From positions 14,508,001 to 14,572,000 of the forward strand of contig NC_135814.1 of assembly GCF_964213995.1 (NCBI RefSeq): DNA of 64,000 bases, in the 5' to 3' direction. The stretch comes from Mustelus asterias (lineage: Eukaryota). A program made the position numbers and the translations under genes. Shown here piece by piece: positions 12,761 to 25,816 of the stretch. Numbering within the stretch: position 1 is the stretch's first letter; every line of letters begins with the position of its first letter. Under the pieces are notes generated by a model. That model had not been told where the DNA came from, did no database searches, and was given only the letters and a program-made list of their open reading frames with translations.

Positions 12761-12960
12761 GAAGTCTCACAACACCAGGTTAAAGTCCAACAGATTTATT
12801 TGGTCCCACGAGCTTTCGGAGTGCTGCTCCTTCATCGGGTGAGTGGAGGAGCAGCGCTCCGAAAGCCCGTGATGCCAAATAAACCTGTTGGACTTTAACC
12901 TGGTGTTGTGAAACTTCTTACTCTGCCCACTCCAGTCCAACACCGGCAACTCCACATCAT
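12761..12960. mobile_element. Penelope-like element terminal fragment in inverted-repeat arrangement with hammerhead-like motif
   Basis: About 70 bp near-perfect inverted arms (12761-12832 and 12845-12917). Minus strand reads CCGATGA-AGGAGCAGCACTCC-GAAA. Confidence 0.65.
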
Positions 12961-15420
12961 AAAATGACACGGAAATGGGTTGCTCCATTCAGAATACAGA
13001 TTCATCCGCTCATCCAGTTATGTTCCTTTTCTTTAAATAGAAATCAGTGTACAACATGCCCTGTACTTATGAGAAGAAGGGGGTACAACCTTCTTATTCA
13101 GACTTCAAATTCAGGTTTGCCTCATATATATTTAACACAACTAGAACTCTTGGAGCTGTGTGGAAATGAAGGCTGCAGCCTGCGCTTGGAACCTATTTCC
13201 CAGCACTACGATGTGAAGGAAAAGAAAACTGTTGAATGAGATTTCACTTTTTAAAGCTTTTATCCTAACAAGCCAACTTATAACAACATTATTCAAACAT
13301 TAATTATAAGGTAAAGTATATTTCAAATAAAAAGACAAATTGTGCTTTAAATTGTTGACACAACCAGTGGACACCTCATGTCGCTACAAGCACTCACATT
13401 ACATCCTGCACAAATGTGGGACCGCATGTAATCTCACACTCTTTCCAAGTCCTGCCTCTGCTATGTAGGATCTCTCACTTCCCACTCAATCATTTTGGCC
13501 TTTGAGTCGCATTCATCTGGATGGGATGCTGTTTTGGAAATTCGGTGCAGACTCGATGGGCTGGATGGCCTCTTTCTGCACTGTAGGGATTCTATGGTTC
13601 TATGGTTCTCTGATCCTTTTAAATTGTTGAGTGGGCGATGGCAACACTGAGAGAAGCAGCAATAGGTCTTTTCCAATTCACAATCCATTGCCCTTCCTCT
13701 CTTCAGCTGTTTCCAACTGTATAGCACACACAGTAGCCTAGACCTAATTCCACCCCATGCTCCCACCCTATCACACTACCTCAGTTGCCCGATGTATGTA
13801 ATTATATGTAATTATGATATTCTAAACTATATGGACAACTGTTTTAAAGACACGTTTCTGGTATTACATTGAGTTTAAAAGCATTTTACAAAATGGTAGT
13901 ATGGACAGACAACAAGCCATTTTCCAGTGACAGTCAAACCTTGTCAGACTCATTTCTCTTGAGCTGGCTATGAGATGTCATTCTAAATGCAAAGACCCCT
14001 TCACGGATGTCCATCAATTTCTAAAAGGTGTAGTAAAAATCTTTTAACTTCTCAGGGAATAAGGAGGGACTTCAAAGGACCTCAACATAATTAATATATT
14101 TAACTGGTTGAATGATGATTCATCAAAATTAACATAGAAGATTTTTTTTTTGCTTTTTGATAAAGGTTGGCAGACAACAACCATTTTGGTGCGAAGAACT
14201 CAAAGAAATAACTTCAGGGAGGGTTCTTGACCAAGGGAATTACTTATAATGCTGGCCAGGTGTGAGGTAAAGAGGGCTGGGAGATGTAATTCCATATCTC
14301 TGCTTCTTCAGAAATATGAGATTTAGCAAAGGATGAACTTTTCTATTAACCAGTGGACACAGAATGTTTCCACTTGTGGAAAAAAGCAAACCTAAAGGTC
14401 ATCAATAAGTCAAGAATTCCAATAGGGAATTCAGAAGAAACTTATTTCACCAGAGAATGGTATGAATGCTACATGCAGTGGTTCAGGCGAATAATATCAA
14501 TGTATTTAAAGGGAGGCTACATGAGAGAAAAGGGAATGGAGGATTAAGAGTTAAATGAGGAACAATGGGAGGAGAGTTGAGTAGAGTCTAAAAGCCAGCA
14601 TGGGTTGGGTGGGCCTAATGGACTATTTCTACACTATACATTCAACCTAATTCATTTTTTCCTTTCATCCAGAGAAGAAGAAGAGGAGGATGAGAGGGAG
14701 AAAGGAAAATTGAAGCTTGATGGTGGATCCCAATGTGGCCTGTCTCTTTCCCAACAATGGGGGCATTTTCCACAGTTGTGAAGCCATTGTCTTGTCTTCC
14801 ATTGTCTTGTCTGAGATTATCTGAAGCTGCCAAACACAAGACTGGTCATTGTCCATGGGCATTTGCATTTAATTCTCATCTCACACTTCTTCTTTTCATT
14901 CAAAATCATTACACTTTTTCTCTTTCTTAAAATGGTATCACTGATGCTCCTCGGTGTTCTTTAAAGAAAGAAGTTGAAATGTATGACAAAGTCCAGCCAA
15001 CTGCTGGTATCAAATCAATAATTGCTGCAGAAAGTTGGTCTCCAAAACTGATAATTTAGGAGTGGATGACAGTTAACTTTGAAAATGGATATCTCCCAGA
15101 AAGTCTTGAAGAGATAATGAAGGCCAATCTTTGAGACTGTCTTGATTCTGAAAGCTGTGATTTTTAGTGTCACAAAGTCCTTCTGACAGTACAAATCTGC
15201 TGCTTGCTTGACGAGGGAGGCCGGTGTAAAGTTATAGTCAGTAATAAGGAGAAAGATGCACGGCTAGAAGGAAATTAATTAAATTAAACATCCGCATCTC
15301 TCTTCTTCTTTAAGATGCTCCATACAATCATCGTTTTTCATCTGGCTTTCATTGACTTTTACCTCTTTATGTAGCTTGGTATCTAGTTTTTTTCTTCGAC
15401 AATGGTCCTGAGAGGTTTGA

Positions 15421-16260
15421 GCATGTTGAAGGCACAGATAGGAATGCACATTTAGGAAGGATGCAAAGGCTTTAGAGAGAGTGCAGAAAAGATTCACAAG
15501 AATGGTTCCAGGGATAAATGGGAGAATCCATCAAATTCATAGAATGCCTACAGTACAGAAGGATGCCATTTGGCCCATCGAGTCTGCACCGATTCTCTGA
15601 CAGAGTATCTTCCCAGGTCCTCTCCCCCACCCTATCCCTGCAACCCCGCACATTTATCATAGTCAATTCATTTAACCTAGACATCTTGGGACACTAAGGG
15701 TCAATTTAGCATGGCCAATCCACCTAACCTGCACATCTTTGGACTGCGGGAGGAAACCAGGGCACCCGGAGGAAACCCGCGCAGACACGGGGGGAACGTG
15801 CAAACTCCACACAGTCACCCAAGGCAGGAATTGAATCCTGGTCCCCTGGCGATGTGAGGCAGCAGTGCTAACCACTGTGCCACTGTGCCGCCCATTCTGC
15901 CCAGAAGCTGGGGTCAGTTTCTTCAGAGAGAAGATTTGATAGAGGTCTTCAAAATCATGAGGGGGGTCAGGACTCAGTGGACAGAGGGAAAAACTGTTTC
16001 ATCAGCAGAACAGAGAGGGCACCAATTTAAAGTGATTGAGAACAGAATTAACATCAGCAAAAAAAGAATGCAGTGAGTGCTTAAGATCTGGAATGTATTG
16101 TGTGAGAGTGTGGTGGGGAAAGGCTCACTGGTGGCTTCCAAAAGGGAATCGGATCAGCACCTTTGGGAAAAACATTTGCAGAACAAGAGGGAAATGAGGA
16201 ACGGGACTTGCTGATGTGTTCTTGCAGAGATCCTGCACAGGGACAATGCTGGAAGCATTC
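15421..16260 (+). mobile_element. Degenerate CR1 3' fragment interrupted by a V-SINE
   Basis: ALERVQKRFTRMVPG before and REDLIEVFKIMRG after the SINE. Confidence 0.65.
15538..15892 (-). mobile_element. HE1-type V-SINE (CR1 tail)
   Basis: Reverse-complement copy inside a CR1 fragment. Confidence 0.88.
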
Positions 16261-16929
16261 TGTGATACAATGTGAAGATCAGAGAATTAGTGTGATTCAC
16301 GTATTCACCTTCAACATACTCAAAGCTTACAAGTTGTTAGTTATATTGTCCTTTTCTTTCCTTGCTGCAGAATTCCTGTCATCTGGTAAATATGAAGGTG
16401 ACATGTTATAAATACATTTTATTTTATAAATATAAATCATAAGTAGGATGAGCATGAAGCAACAGAAAACAGGCAAGGTTCTATTCTTTTTATCTATCAG
16501 TGATAAGTATATTGGTGTTAGATTGTGTATCTCAAGGATCTTCTTAGATACATAAAAATAGATTTGCTCTGAGCTGGTGCTGAGATTGAGTTTATTAATC
16601 AATCTCAGGGGAGGTGAGTGGTACTTCAGCGCCCTGAGTTAGAGCAGAATCAGATGCCAGGCCCTGGTCACCATTGGGCACTTCTTGAGGGGCACTAGGG
16701 CCATGCCCGCAGAGGTCATCAGCCTGGGAGGACACCAAGCAGGGAACTCAGTCATCAAATAGGGCAGGTTGAACCCTCTGAGATTGGCTCGAGAACCAGG
16801 AAATAGAAGTTGTGTGGCCATACAGCTGCTGGAAACACAGACTGACCACCAGACAGTGCCCCAAGAGGCCAGGAGGAGAGGTAGATTCCCTTCTGGACTG
16901 CATGACAAGGTAATCTGGGTCACATTGCC

Positions 16930-16987
16930 ATGGAAAATTAGCAATGGAAGTTCCGCCCATGGGAAATTAGCAATGGAAGTTCCGCCA
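16930..16987 (+). repeat. 28 bp tandem duplication
   Basis: ATGG(A/G)AAATTAGCAATGGAAGTTCCGCC occurs twice. Confidence 0.85.
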
Positions 16988-17015
16988 ACTGAATTCTGTT
17001 ACCCAGCTGGTGGAA

Positions 17016-17342
17016 TCATAGAATCATAGAATCCTACAGTGCAGAAGCAGGCCATTCGGCCCATCAAGTTTGCATCAACAACAATCCCACCCAGGCCCTA
17101 TCCCCTTAACCCCATGCATTTACCCCAGCTAGTCCCCTGACATCAAGGGACAATTGAGCACGGCCAATACAGCTAACTCATACATCTTTGAACTGCGGGA
17201 GGAAACTGGAGCAGCTGAAACCCACGGAGACACTGGGAGAATGTGCAAACTGCACACAGACAGTGATCCAAGGCTGGGAATTGAACCCGGGTCCCTGGAG
17301 CTGTGAGGCAGCAGTGCTAATCACTATGCCACTGTGCTGCCC
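17016..17342 (-). mobile_element. HE1-type V-SINE (CR1 tail)
   Basis: Reverse-complement copy. Confidence 0.85.
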
Positions 17343-17429
17343 CCTGGTGAAGACTCTGCTTCCACTGTCTTTTGAGGAGAAGATATTCAAAGACGCATGA
17401 CCTTCTGAGAGAAAGAAATTCTCAGCTTT

Positions 17430-17655
17430 GTGGTGGTGTATGTCCAGATCGCACTGCCCAGGGAGGTGGTGGGAGCAGATACGATAGTGGCAGTTAAGGG
17501 GCATCTAGAAGAATACGTGAATAGGATAGGAATAGAAGGATACGGACTCTGTAAATGCATAGGGTTTTAGTTTAAGCAGGCATCATGATTGGCACAGGCT
17601 TGGAGGGCCGAAGGGCCTGTTCCTGCACTGTACTTTTCTTTGTTCTTTGTTGTTC
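17430..17655 (+). mobile_element. CR1 LINE 3' end
   Basis: GGCTTGGAGGGCCGAAGGGCCTGTTCCTG...TTCTTTGTTCTTTG tail. Confidence 0.75.
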
Positions 17656-17656
17656 T

Positions 17657-17945
17657 TACTCTCTTCCACCTTCTTCCATCGGGAGAAAGATACAAAATTC
17701 TGAGGTCACGTACCAACCAACTCAAGAAAGGCTTCTTCCCTGTTGCCATCAGACTTTTGAATGGACCTACCTCACACTAAGTTGATCTTTCTCTACACCC
17801 GAGCTAGACTCTACCACTACGTTCTGCAATTTATCTTTTCCTTCTCTATGAACGGCATGCTTTGTCTGTGCAGCGCACAAGAAACGATACTTTTCACTGT
17901 ATACTAATACATGTGACAAAAATAAATCAAATCAAATCAAATCAA
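17657..17945 (+). mobile_element. Rex1/Babar LINE 3' fragment
   Basis: LFHLLPSGERYKILRSRTNQLKKGFFPVAIRLLN, the Rex1 C-terminal motif, with an (AAATC)n tail. Confidence 0.8.
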
Positions 17946-17947
17946 GT

Positions 17948-18158
17948 ATTGCAATGAACTGACTGTGAAAATCTCCTAGTTGCCACACTCCGGCGCCTAA
18001 ACTTCTAAGGGAGAATTTTAGCATGGCCAAAGCACCTAACCAGCACATCTTTCAGACGGTGGGAGGAAACCGGAGCACCTGGAGGAAACCCACACAGACA
18101 CAGGGAGACCGTGCAGACTCCGCACAGACAGTGACCCAAGCCGGCAGTGAGGCAGCAC
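17948..18158 (-). mobile_element. V-SINE, alternative tail subfamily, partial
   Basis: Reverse V-domain plus ACTGTGAAAATC tail part. Confidence 0.75.
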
Positions 18159-18444
18159 GCTGGACTCAATCCTGAAAGAAGATTACAGTGGAGGGTAAGT
18201 AACTGGGAGGCTTAAACATGGAGGTGGCCTCTCCTAAACTTTATTAAACATTTTAAATAAATATGAGGATAAAAGAGCCAGGCTATCACTAAAGGGGGAA
18301 ACACGGAATCCATCCACAGGGTGGTCTTCAGCTGCATTTGCACCAAGGGAGCAGGGTGAATCTGCCACTGTGCATCTACCTCTACACCCGAAGAAAACAG
18401 GAGTGGAAAGTTCCTCCCCCTTTGTCTTTATTAATCTCTCCCTG

Positions 18445-19128
18445 CTCTTAGGCCCAGGCTCAGGCTTAGGGAACATGGGTTCAAATCGCACCACAGCAGC
18501 TGGTAGCATTTAAATTTAATGAATAAAATCCATAATTGAAGGATAGGCTCAGCAACAGTGACCATGAAACAACCATTGATTATTGTAAAAACCCAACTGG
18601 TTCACTAATGCCCTTTAGGGGTGGCACAGTGGCAGGGGCAGCACGGGGGCACAGTGGTTTGCACTGCTGCCTCACAGCACCAGGGACCCAGGTTCAATTC
18701 CCATTTTGCTGTCTGTGTGGAGTTTGCACATTCTCCCCGTGTCTGCGTGGGTTTCCTCCGGGTGCTCCGGTTTCCTCCCACAGTCCAAAAGATGTGCGGG
18801 TTAGGTGAATTGGCCATGCTAAATTCTCCCTCAGTGGAGCCAAACGGGCACCAGACTGTGGAGACTAAGGGATTTTCATAGTAACTTCATTGCAGTGTGA
18901 ATGTAAGCCTACTTGTGACTAATAAATAAACTTTACTTTTCCTTTGGAGAAGTAAATCCACTATCCTTGCCTGGTCTGGCCTACACCTGACTCCAGACCT
19001 TCAGCAATCTGGTTGACTCTGAAATGACCTGGCAAGCAACTCAGTTCAAGGGCAATTAGGGATGGGCAACAAATGTTGACCTTGTCAATGGTGCCCACAT
19101 CCCATGAAATAAGAAAAAATAAAAAAAT
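18445..19128 (+). mobile_element. Second-family SINE interrupted by a V-SINE
   Basis: Same body and tail as 7430-7763, split at CCTTT by 18635-18938. Confidence 0.7.
18635..18938 (+). mobile_element. V-SINE, alternative tail subfamily
   Basis: Head, V-domain and GCCTACTTGTGACTAATAAATAAACTTT tail. Confidence 0.85.
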
Positions 19129-19842
19129 GCATCAGTGTTCAAATATTTTTGGTTTAAGTCTCTCCTTTTCAAGAGATAGAATATTGCATGATGCAATGGT
19201 AGCTTTTTCATCTGATAAAACAAAGAGAAATTGAATTGTGTGGAACTTAAGTCGCAGAATATTCATAAGATGAGCCACAAAATTAATTTAAGCAGCGTGA
19301 GTAATTCAACCCTCTTTAACCAAATCAGAAGAAAAATTGGCTAAGTAATTGCTCAGTGTACCCATGATTCCCTGCTGGGAATAATAGCTGTTCTCTAATC
19401 TGGAATAATTTCAAACCATTAAATCCTGCCTCGGCCTGTGCACAGCCAGTGGTGTACTTGTATATGAGGCATGCAGCAATAGATAAAAGCAAACTGCAGC
19501 CATGTTAACCCATCGTGAGATCTCTGCTCATATCATTTACACACAGTGGGGTAATTCTGACTTGGTGTGGGATTGTTTGAAAGAATGGTAGTGAACTGAT
19601 AGTCTGTTTCGCTCCTCTCAATTGAATATAATTCAATATAAAGTCACAATTTACCACCTCCTCACCCCCACTCTCTCAGTTGTTTTATGTCTCTTGGTTT
19701 CTCTATTAACACATAAACACCCTCGCAGCACAAAATAAGGATGGTTAATGCTTAATTTCTTTGGGCTCTATGACTTCCAAAATGGTGTACACACTGCTGC
19801 AGTAAGTTGTGCCAGATGCAATATTGGTGAGGGTGCCAGCAT

Positions 19843-20148
19843 TGGCATGGTGGCACCACGGTTAGCACCGCTGCCTCACAGTCACCATGGACACGGGTTT
19901 GATTCCCGGCTTGGGTCTCTGTCTATGCAGAGTCTGCACATTCTCCCCGTGTCTGCGTGGATTTCCTCTGGGTGCTCCGGTTTCCTCCCACAGTCCGAAA
20001 GACGTGCTGATTAGGTGCATTGGCCGTGCTAAATTCTCCCTCAGTGCACCTGAACAGGTGCCGGAGTGTGGCAACTAGGGGATTTTCACAGTAGCTTCAT
20101 TGTAGTGTTAATGTAAGTCTACTTGTGACACTATTAAATAAACTTAAA
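19843..20148 (+). mobile_element. V-SINE, alternative tail subfamily
   Basis: Head, V-domain and alternative tail. Confidence 0.85.
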
Positions 20149-20491
20149 CGAGTAAATGACCACTAGAAGTGTGCAGAGAAGGTAGGTCATGAAATCAATC
20201 AACATGCCATGTTATTAGATAAGTTTTGGAACTCAATTCTCAAGCTAATCTCCTCTCATAACCTTGCACAGCTGAACCCGCATTCAACAGCAGGAAGGAT
20301 TCCCCCCGCATTGTTTTCCAGGGATAATCAACTACTTAACGCTTAGTTCCTGTCTGATTTCATCTGGTTCTTGCTTCAATCCTACAAGTGTTCAGTGCTT
20401 TCTTTAGCTCCTTAAAGTCGCAAAAGTCAACAATGACTGACGGTGCGGATGCTGCTGGAGCTCTACCTGACTTTTCAAGGCTTCAACCCAT

Positions 20492-20772
20492 GGCGGCACG
20501 GTGGCACAATGTTTAGCCCTGCTGCTTCACAGTGCCAGGGCCTGGGTTCGATTCCACACTGTCTGTGTGGAGTTTGCACGTTCTTCCCATGTCTGCGTGG
20601 GTTTCATCCGGGTGCTCCGGTTTCCTCCCACATTCTGAAAGATGTGCTAGTTTGGTGCTTTAACCCAAACAGGTGCCTGAGTGTGGCGACTAGGGGAATT
20701 TCACAGTTACTTCATTGCAATGTTAATGTAAGACTCACTTGTGATGAATGAATAAATTTTAACTTTACTTTA
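20492..20772 (+). mobile_element. V-SINE, alternative tail subfamily
   Basis: Head, V-domain and alternative tail, with an internal deletion. Confidence 0.8.
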
Positions 20773-20871
20773 AAAAACTTTAAAAAGCTGCTCTTAGCCA
20801 TTCCTCTTGGAATACATTCCTGACTTGGAAAATTAACAGAGGTCAAGCAGAGAAGGACAAATTGTTAAATT

Positions 20872-21029
20872 GCTAAATTGCCTCTTAGTGTCCCAGGATG
20901 CGCAGGTTAGAGGAATTAGCTGGATAAATACGTGGGATTACGGATAGGCCCTGGGTGTGGTTGTTGTCGGTGCAGACACGCTGAGCCGAATGGCCTTCTT
21001 CTGCACTGTAGGGTTCTATGATTCTATGA
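20872..21029 (+). mobile_element. HE1-type V-SINE 3' half
   Basis: GCTAAATTGCC through TTCTATGATTCTATG. Confidence 0.8.
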
Positions 21030-21448
21030 CGAGCTGCTCGAAGAGGAAGGAAGAGAAGGAAAGGGAGAAAGGCTCTCAGCAGTAAGTCAAAGCCACTGCC
21101 GGTATTCAGGACTCTGTTCTCCTACCTGAACCTCAACAAGCAAGCATTTGTGTCACATTAGCATTTCAAAAAGGAAGTCCTCACTGAAATCATCTACTCC
21201 TTGCAACCACAATACAGAGCAAGATCCAGGTTGCCAATGACTGGCACCTTCACAGCAGGAACTGACCATGACAAACATTGTAACACCTCTCTATTCGTTG
21301 ACAGCTAACTACATTTCACACTCTCTCTTGCTGAAGAGAAGCAAGCAGGATTCGAACCTGAGTCCCCAGAACATTAGCTGAATTTCTGGATTGTTAGTCA
21401 AGCGATAATACAAGTAGGCCATCACCTCCCCTAAATCCTTTCCTAATT

Positions 21449-21770
21449 TGGGCGGCACGGTGGCACAGTGATTAGCACTGCTGCCACACAGTGCCAGGGA
21501 CCTGGGTTCAATTCCTGGCTTGTGTCACTGTCTGCGTGGAGTTTGCACGTTCTCCCCACGTCTGCTTGGGTTTCTTCCGGGTGCTCCAGTTTCCTCCCAC
21601 AGTCCAAAGATGTGCAGGTTAGGTGGATTGGCCATGTGAAATTGCCCCTTAGTGTCAGGGGGACTAGCTAGGGTATATGGATGGGGTTAGGGGGATAGGG
21701 CCTGGGTGGGATTGTGGTCAGTGCAGACTCGATGGGCCAAATGGCCTCCTTCTGCACTGTATGATTCTAT
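21449..21770 (+). mobile_element. HE1-type V-SINE (CR1 tail)
   Basis: Full-length copy. Confidence 0.9.
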
Positions 21771-21771
21771 A

Positions 21772-22800
21772 ACATTTGATTCCCTTGTTAGTTAAGAATC
21801 TATCTACCTCTGCCTTGATAATATTCATTGATTCTGCCTTCACTGTTCTCTGGGGAAGTGAGTTCCGAAGATTCACAACTTCTAAGAGAAAAAAATCTTT
21901 CTCATCTCCAACATAACTAGGAGCCCTCTTATTTTTAAGCTGTGTCCCCTGGGTCTAGTCTCTCCAATTAGGGGAACATCCTTTCAGCATTCACCCTGTC
22001 AAATCCTCTCAGGATCTTAATGTTTCAATAAGATCACCTCTAAACTCCAATGGATATATGCCCAACTTGTCCAACTTTTCCTCAGAAATCATAGAAATCA
22101 TAGAAACCCTACAGTGCAGAAAGAGGCCATTTGGCCCATCGAGTCTGCACCGACCACAATCCCACCCAGGCCCTACCCCCATATCCCTACATATTTTACC
22201 CACTAATCCCTCTAATCTACGCATCTCAGGACACTAAGGGGCAATTTTAGCATGGCCAATCAACCTAACCCGCACATCTTGGGACTGTGGGAGGAAACTG
22301 GAGCACCTGGAGAAAACCCACGCAGATACGAGGAGAATGTGCAAACTCCACACAGAGAGTGACCCAAGCCGGGAATCGAACCCAGGTCCCTGGAGCTGTG
22401 AAGCAGCAGTGCTAACCACTGTGCTACCGTGCTGCCCATAGGTACCCTTAGAAGATAACTTCTCCCCTTCTCCCTCAACCAACCCAGGTATCAGTCAAGT
22501 GACCTTTCTCCAAACCGCGTCTAATGCATTTATATTCTTCTTTAAATAAGGAGACCAAAATTGCACCCAGTACTCTCGATATGGTCTCATCAGCACCCTG
22601 TACAACTGCAGCAAAACACCCCTACTTTTATATTCCATTCCTCTTGCAATAAATGACAACATTCAATTTGCCTTCCTAATCACTTGCTGTACCCGTACAA
22701 TAACTTTTTCCTGATCAATGTAGCAGGAGACCTAGGTTCCTCTGTACCTCAGAGTTCTGCAATCTCTCTCCATTTAGATAATATGCTGCTTTTCTATTCT
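21772..22800 (-). mobile_element. CR1 LINE 3' fragment interrupted by a V-SINE
   Basis: EEKLDKLGIYPLEFRGDLIET and reverse EYWVQFWSP-type sequence on either side of the SINE. Confidence 0.75.
22086..22437 (-). mobile_element. HE1-type V-SINE (CR1 tail)
   Basis: Full-length reverse copy inside a CR1 fragment. Confidence 0.9.
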
Positions 22801-23379
22801 TCCTGTTGTTCCTTCACTCCTTGGCCAAGGATATTTCTTGATAGTCTGTCAGGAGAAAGGCAGAAGGATAAGGTTGGGTTGTGGAGATGGCAAGGAGAAT
22901 GTAAGAGGTTCCTCTTACACATTCTGCAGGAGACAGTGTGGGATGAGGATGAAGTGGGATGTGAGATTGAGGATCAGGTGTGAGGATGGTTTATACTTTC
23001 AGCCATGGCCTCTGCAATGACTGTCCTAATAAGGGCCAGTACCATCTCCTCCATGGGACTTAGGATCTCTTGGCTCTGGCTGGTTTCCATGTGTCCACCT
23101 TACTCTACAAGAGAGAAGAAAGGATGCCAGCGAGTGTTGTACAATCTGTTGGGTGATGTGGGTGCTGCAGGTAAACAGATGGCATTATGCTCAAGCTATG
23201 AGATATGGGTGTGAGGTTTGCAACTGTGATATGTGATGAATGCACAGAGTCAGATATCAATCCTTATTATATTGATAAGGATAGTTGAGGAATGAGTGAT
23301 GGGGATGGGGTGACTTCAGCTGAGGCAAATGGTGTAGTGAGTAGGAAATGTCATTTGAAGATGTATTTAGTGACCTCAT

Positions 23380-23895
23380 TTGAGGTCATTAAATTGCTAA
23401 TGAAACTGCATCCAGTTCCTTAGGTCTTGATTCCTTGCATTGACCTCATATCTATCTTCTCCCATTCCCTTCTGAGCATGTATCCTTCAGGTCTCTGGCT
23501 CTGAATGAGTAGAGGACATCTCTCTTTGCCACATCCTCAAAACAGCCTGTAGTGCAGCATCTGAAAACCATGGAGCCCACGCTCTCCCAGGTCAGATACA
23601 TTTCCTTTATAATTGCCAATGCCTGCAGCAGACACAATCTAACTCTCTGCTCAGAGGTGCAGGATAACTTTAAGCAGCGTGGCTTGTTGTAATTCAGCTG
23701 GCCCCTCACAATATTAGCCTCCTGCTTCGGTGCCCTGCCAATCAATCACACGGATGGTGCTGGCTTGTATCTGTGATCACTGATATAAGCAGATAGCACA
23801 AAGTTGCTGCGCGGCTTGCATTGCAATCAATGGGAACAGATTAATAACGCGCGCTGATTCCGATTCCCATTTCTTGGGCTATCAAATTTAGACCC
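23380..23895 (-). pseudogene. Harbinger-associated Myb/SANT-like ORF remnant with putative element terminus
   Basis: Frameshifted APWFSDAALQ..., KRDVLY..., LRREWEKI, EVNARNQDLRNWMQFH*QFNDL. A GGG-starting terminus-like sequence lies near 23895. Confidence 0.55.
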
Positions 23896-23959
23896 CTCTG
23901 CCTTTAATCTTTATTCATTACAATGAGAGCCGACCATCTGATTCAATCGAACAATTCAA

Positions 23960-24480
23960 AAGGAGGAAGAACATTCAAAGATAAAAGCACTCGGCATGAA
24001 AAAAAAACAAATTTCAATAAGATAAAAAGAAAACCATTCCAGATAAATTGGAATGAAAAATTGGTAGATAAGACTTTGGATGAACAATGAAAAATGCTCA
24101 AACAGAAGTATTTTTGAGCTTGGAATAGACTCCCACAAGTAATTGGGATGCAGCGAAAACTACTTTCTTGGATGAGTGGAGAATTTAAAATGAAAATCAG
24201 ACCAAAAGACAGAGGGCAAATTCGGCAGTACTTAAGGAAATTAAAATTAAGTTCTGAGCATGTAAGTTCTGAGAAAGCTAAAGAAGAAAGGGAGATTAAA
24301 GGATTAAGCGGGGTTTGAAGAAAGTCTGGCAGGAAATATAAAAGCAAATATTGAACAGTGATCTCATAAACACAGGAGATGTAACAAAAAGTTAATAGTG
24401 GGTAAGACCATTTAGAGGCAAAAGGATAATCTCCATCGGATAAAGAAATGGCAGACATGCTAAATGATACTTTGCCTTGA
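23960..24480 (+). mobile_element. Highly degenerate CR1 ORF2 internal fragment
   Basis: Purine-rich decayed coding sequence ending in KEMADMLND (CR1 EN-RT linker motif). Confidence 0.45.
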
Positions 24481-24530
24481 ATTTAACACAAGGGGGAGAA
24501 TTAAAAGATACACAAAAAAGAGATGGGGGG

Positions 24531-24764
24531 TGTAATAAGTCTCCAGAGGCAGAAGCTCCGTCACCAAAATCCTTTTATTTACAATCCCAACAGCAGTACA
24601 CAGAGTGCTATCAGTCAGCAGTCTACCTTCAGAGTGCCAGAGGAACTGACACTCCCAGTTAAATACAAGGAAAAAACTCCCTGATTGGCCCATCAATTAA
24701 CTCCTTAATCAGGGAGTTCATATTCCAATAGGCCAACCTCAATGGCCAGATTGAAGTCATTACA
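24531..24764 (-). mobile_element. Probable solo LTR
   Basis: TGTAAT...ATTACA inverted termini with a minus-strand AATAAA. No clean TSD. Confidence 0.5.
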
Positions 24765-25816
24765 GAGAGGTAAACAGAAAAGGATCAGAGTGGATAATGT
24801 AGCAGCATGGTAAAATTTGCCGGGATTCAAAGTGGGGATGCCATTGAAGTGTCATTCCGATTCCTGGAAAAGGAACTTGATCAAAGTCTACATAAAGGGC
24901 TATTATGTAATTTCAGGTGCTCTGGTATGTTATAATGTAACCAATCATAACATTGGAATCTGTTAATATATAACCAATGGTAGCATGCTATGAGGGTCAG
25001 CTGGTTAGCTATCAGTAGACAATGTGACAAACAGCAAAATGATGGGGTGGTCAGCTAACCCGGTATAAATTTTAAGCAGATGGGGATTGTGGGGAGCATT
25101 TGTGGCCCAGGGTGTGGCCCAAGTGTTGGGGTGATGAAGATTCTCTATTAAACCTTTTATTTTGATTTACTTTGTGCAGTTAGTTCTTGTATTTCTTGCA
25201 ACTGAAGTATCCTCGCTGCTGGATGGACATGGTAAATGGGTGGGTAAGGGCAGAATGCGCCTGGTGATGGCACAGAAGGCGCAGGGCAGAACCTCATCTG
25301 ATTTTATCATGGCTGGCACTCATTAAAATGCAGTTGGTGAGCTGACAGCATGAAACACATTCCCCAAAAATAGCTCAACACCAGGAACAGCCAGCTCTGC
25401 AAATATGCCAAATCTCAACTATCGGTGATACGAGCTCAATATAGTTAGCCCATGATAGAATGGAGCATGTTAGACTAAGTCCCGCTAAGGGTTAACTGTA
25501 ATGGTCTGTGATGTCACAGAATGAAATGACTCATCTGGTCTGAGTCTGAGTCAAGGAGAGAGCAACATGGAAAGACACTGATGTTCTCATAATTGTCCTA
25601 CATATGTTACAAGAAAGTTAGCATGTTTCACGGTCCTTCAGAGTTAATGAAACAACTCCAAACAAACAACACAATAAAATAGGAAAAAGAAGGAAATATT
25701 GTTGTGGAACAATAGTTATTGAATGCAGATGAACCCACAGCAACATGCCCATATGATTCCCTAAGTTACAATCGAGGAGGCAATTAAAATAATTAACGAA
25801 CCAACTCATACCACAG

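Noticed and set aside
16930-16987. Short direct repeats as a CRISPR-like array (also 38248 and 57347)
   Set aside because: Two adjacent copies with no spacers in vertebrate DNA; simple tandem duplications.
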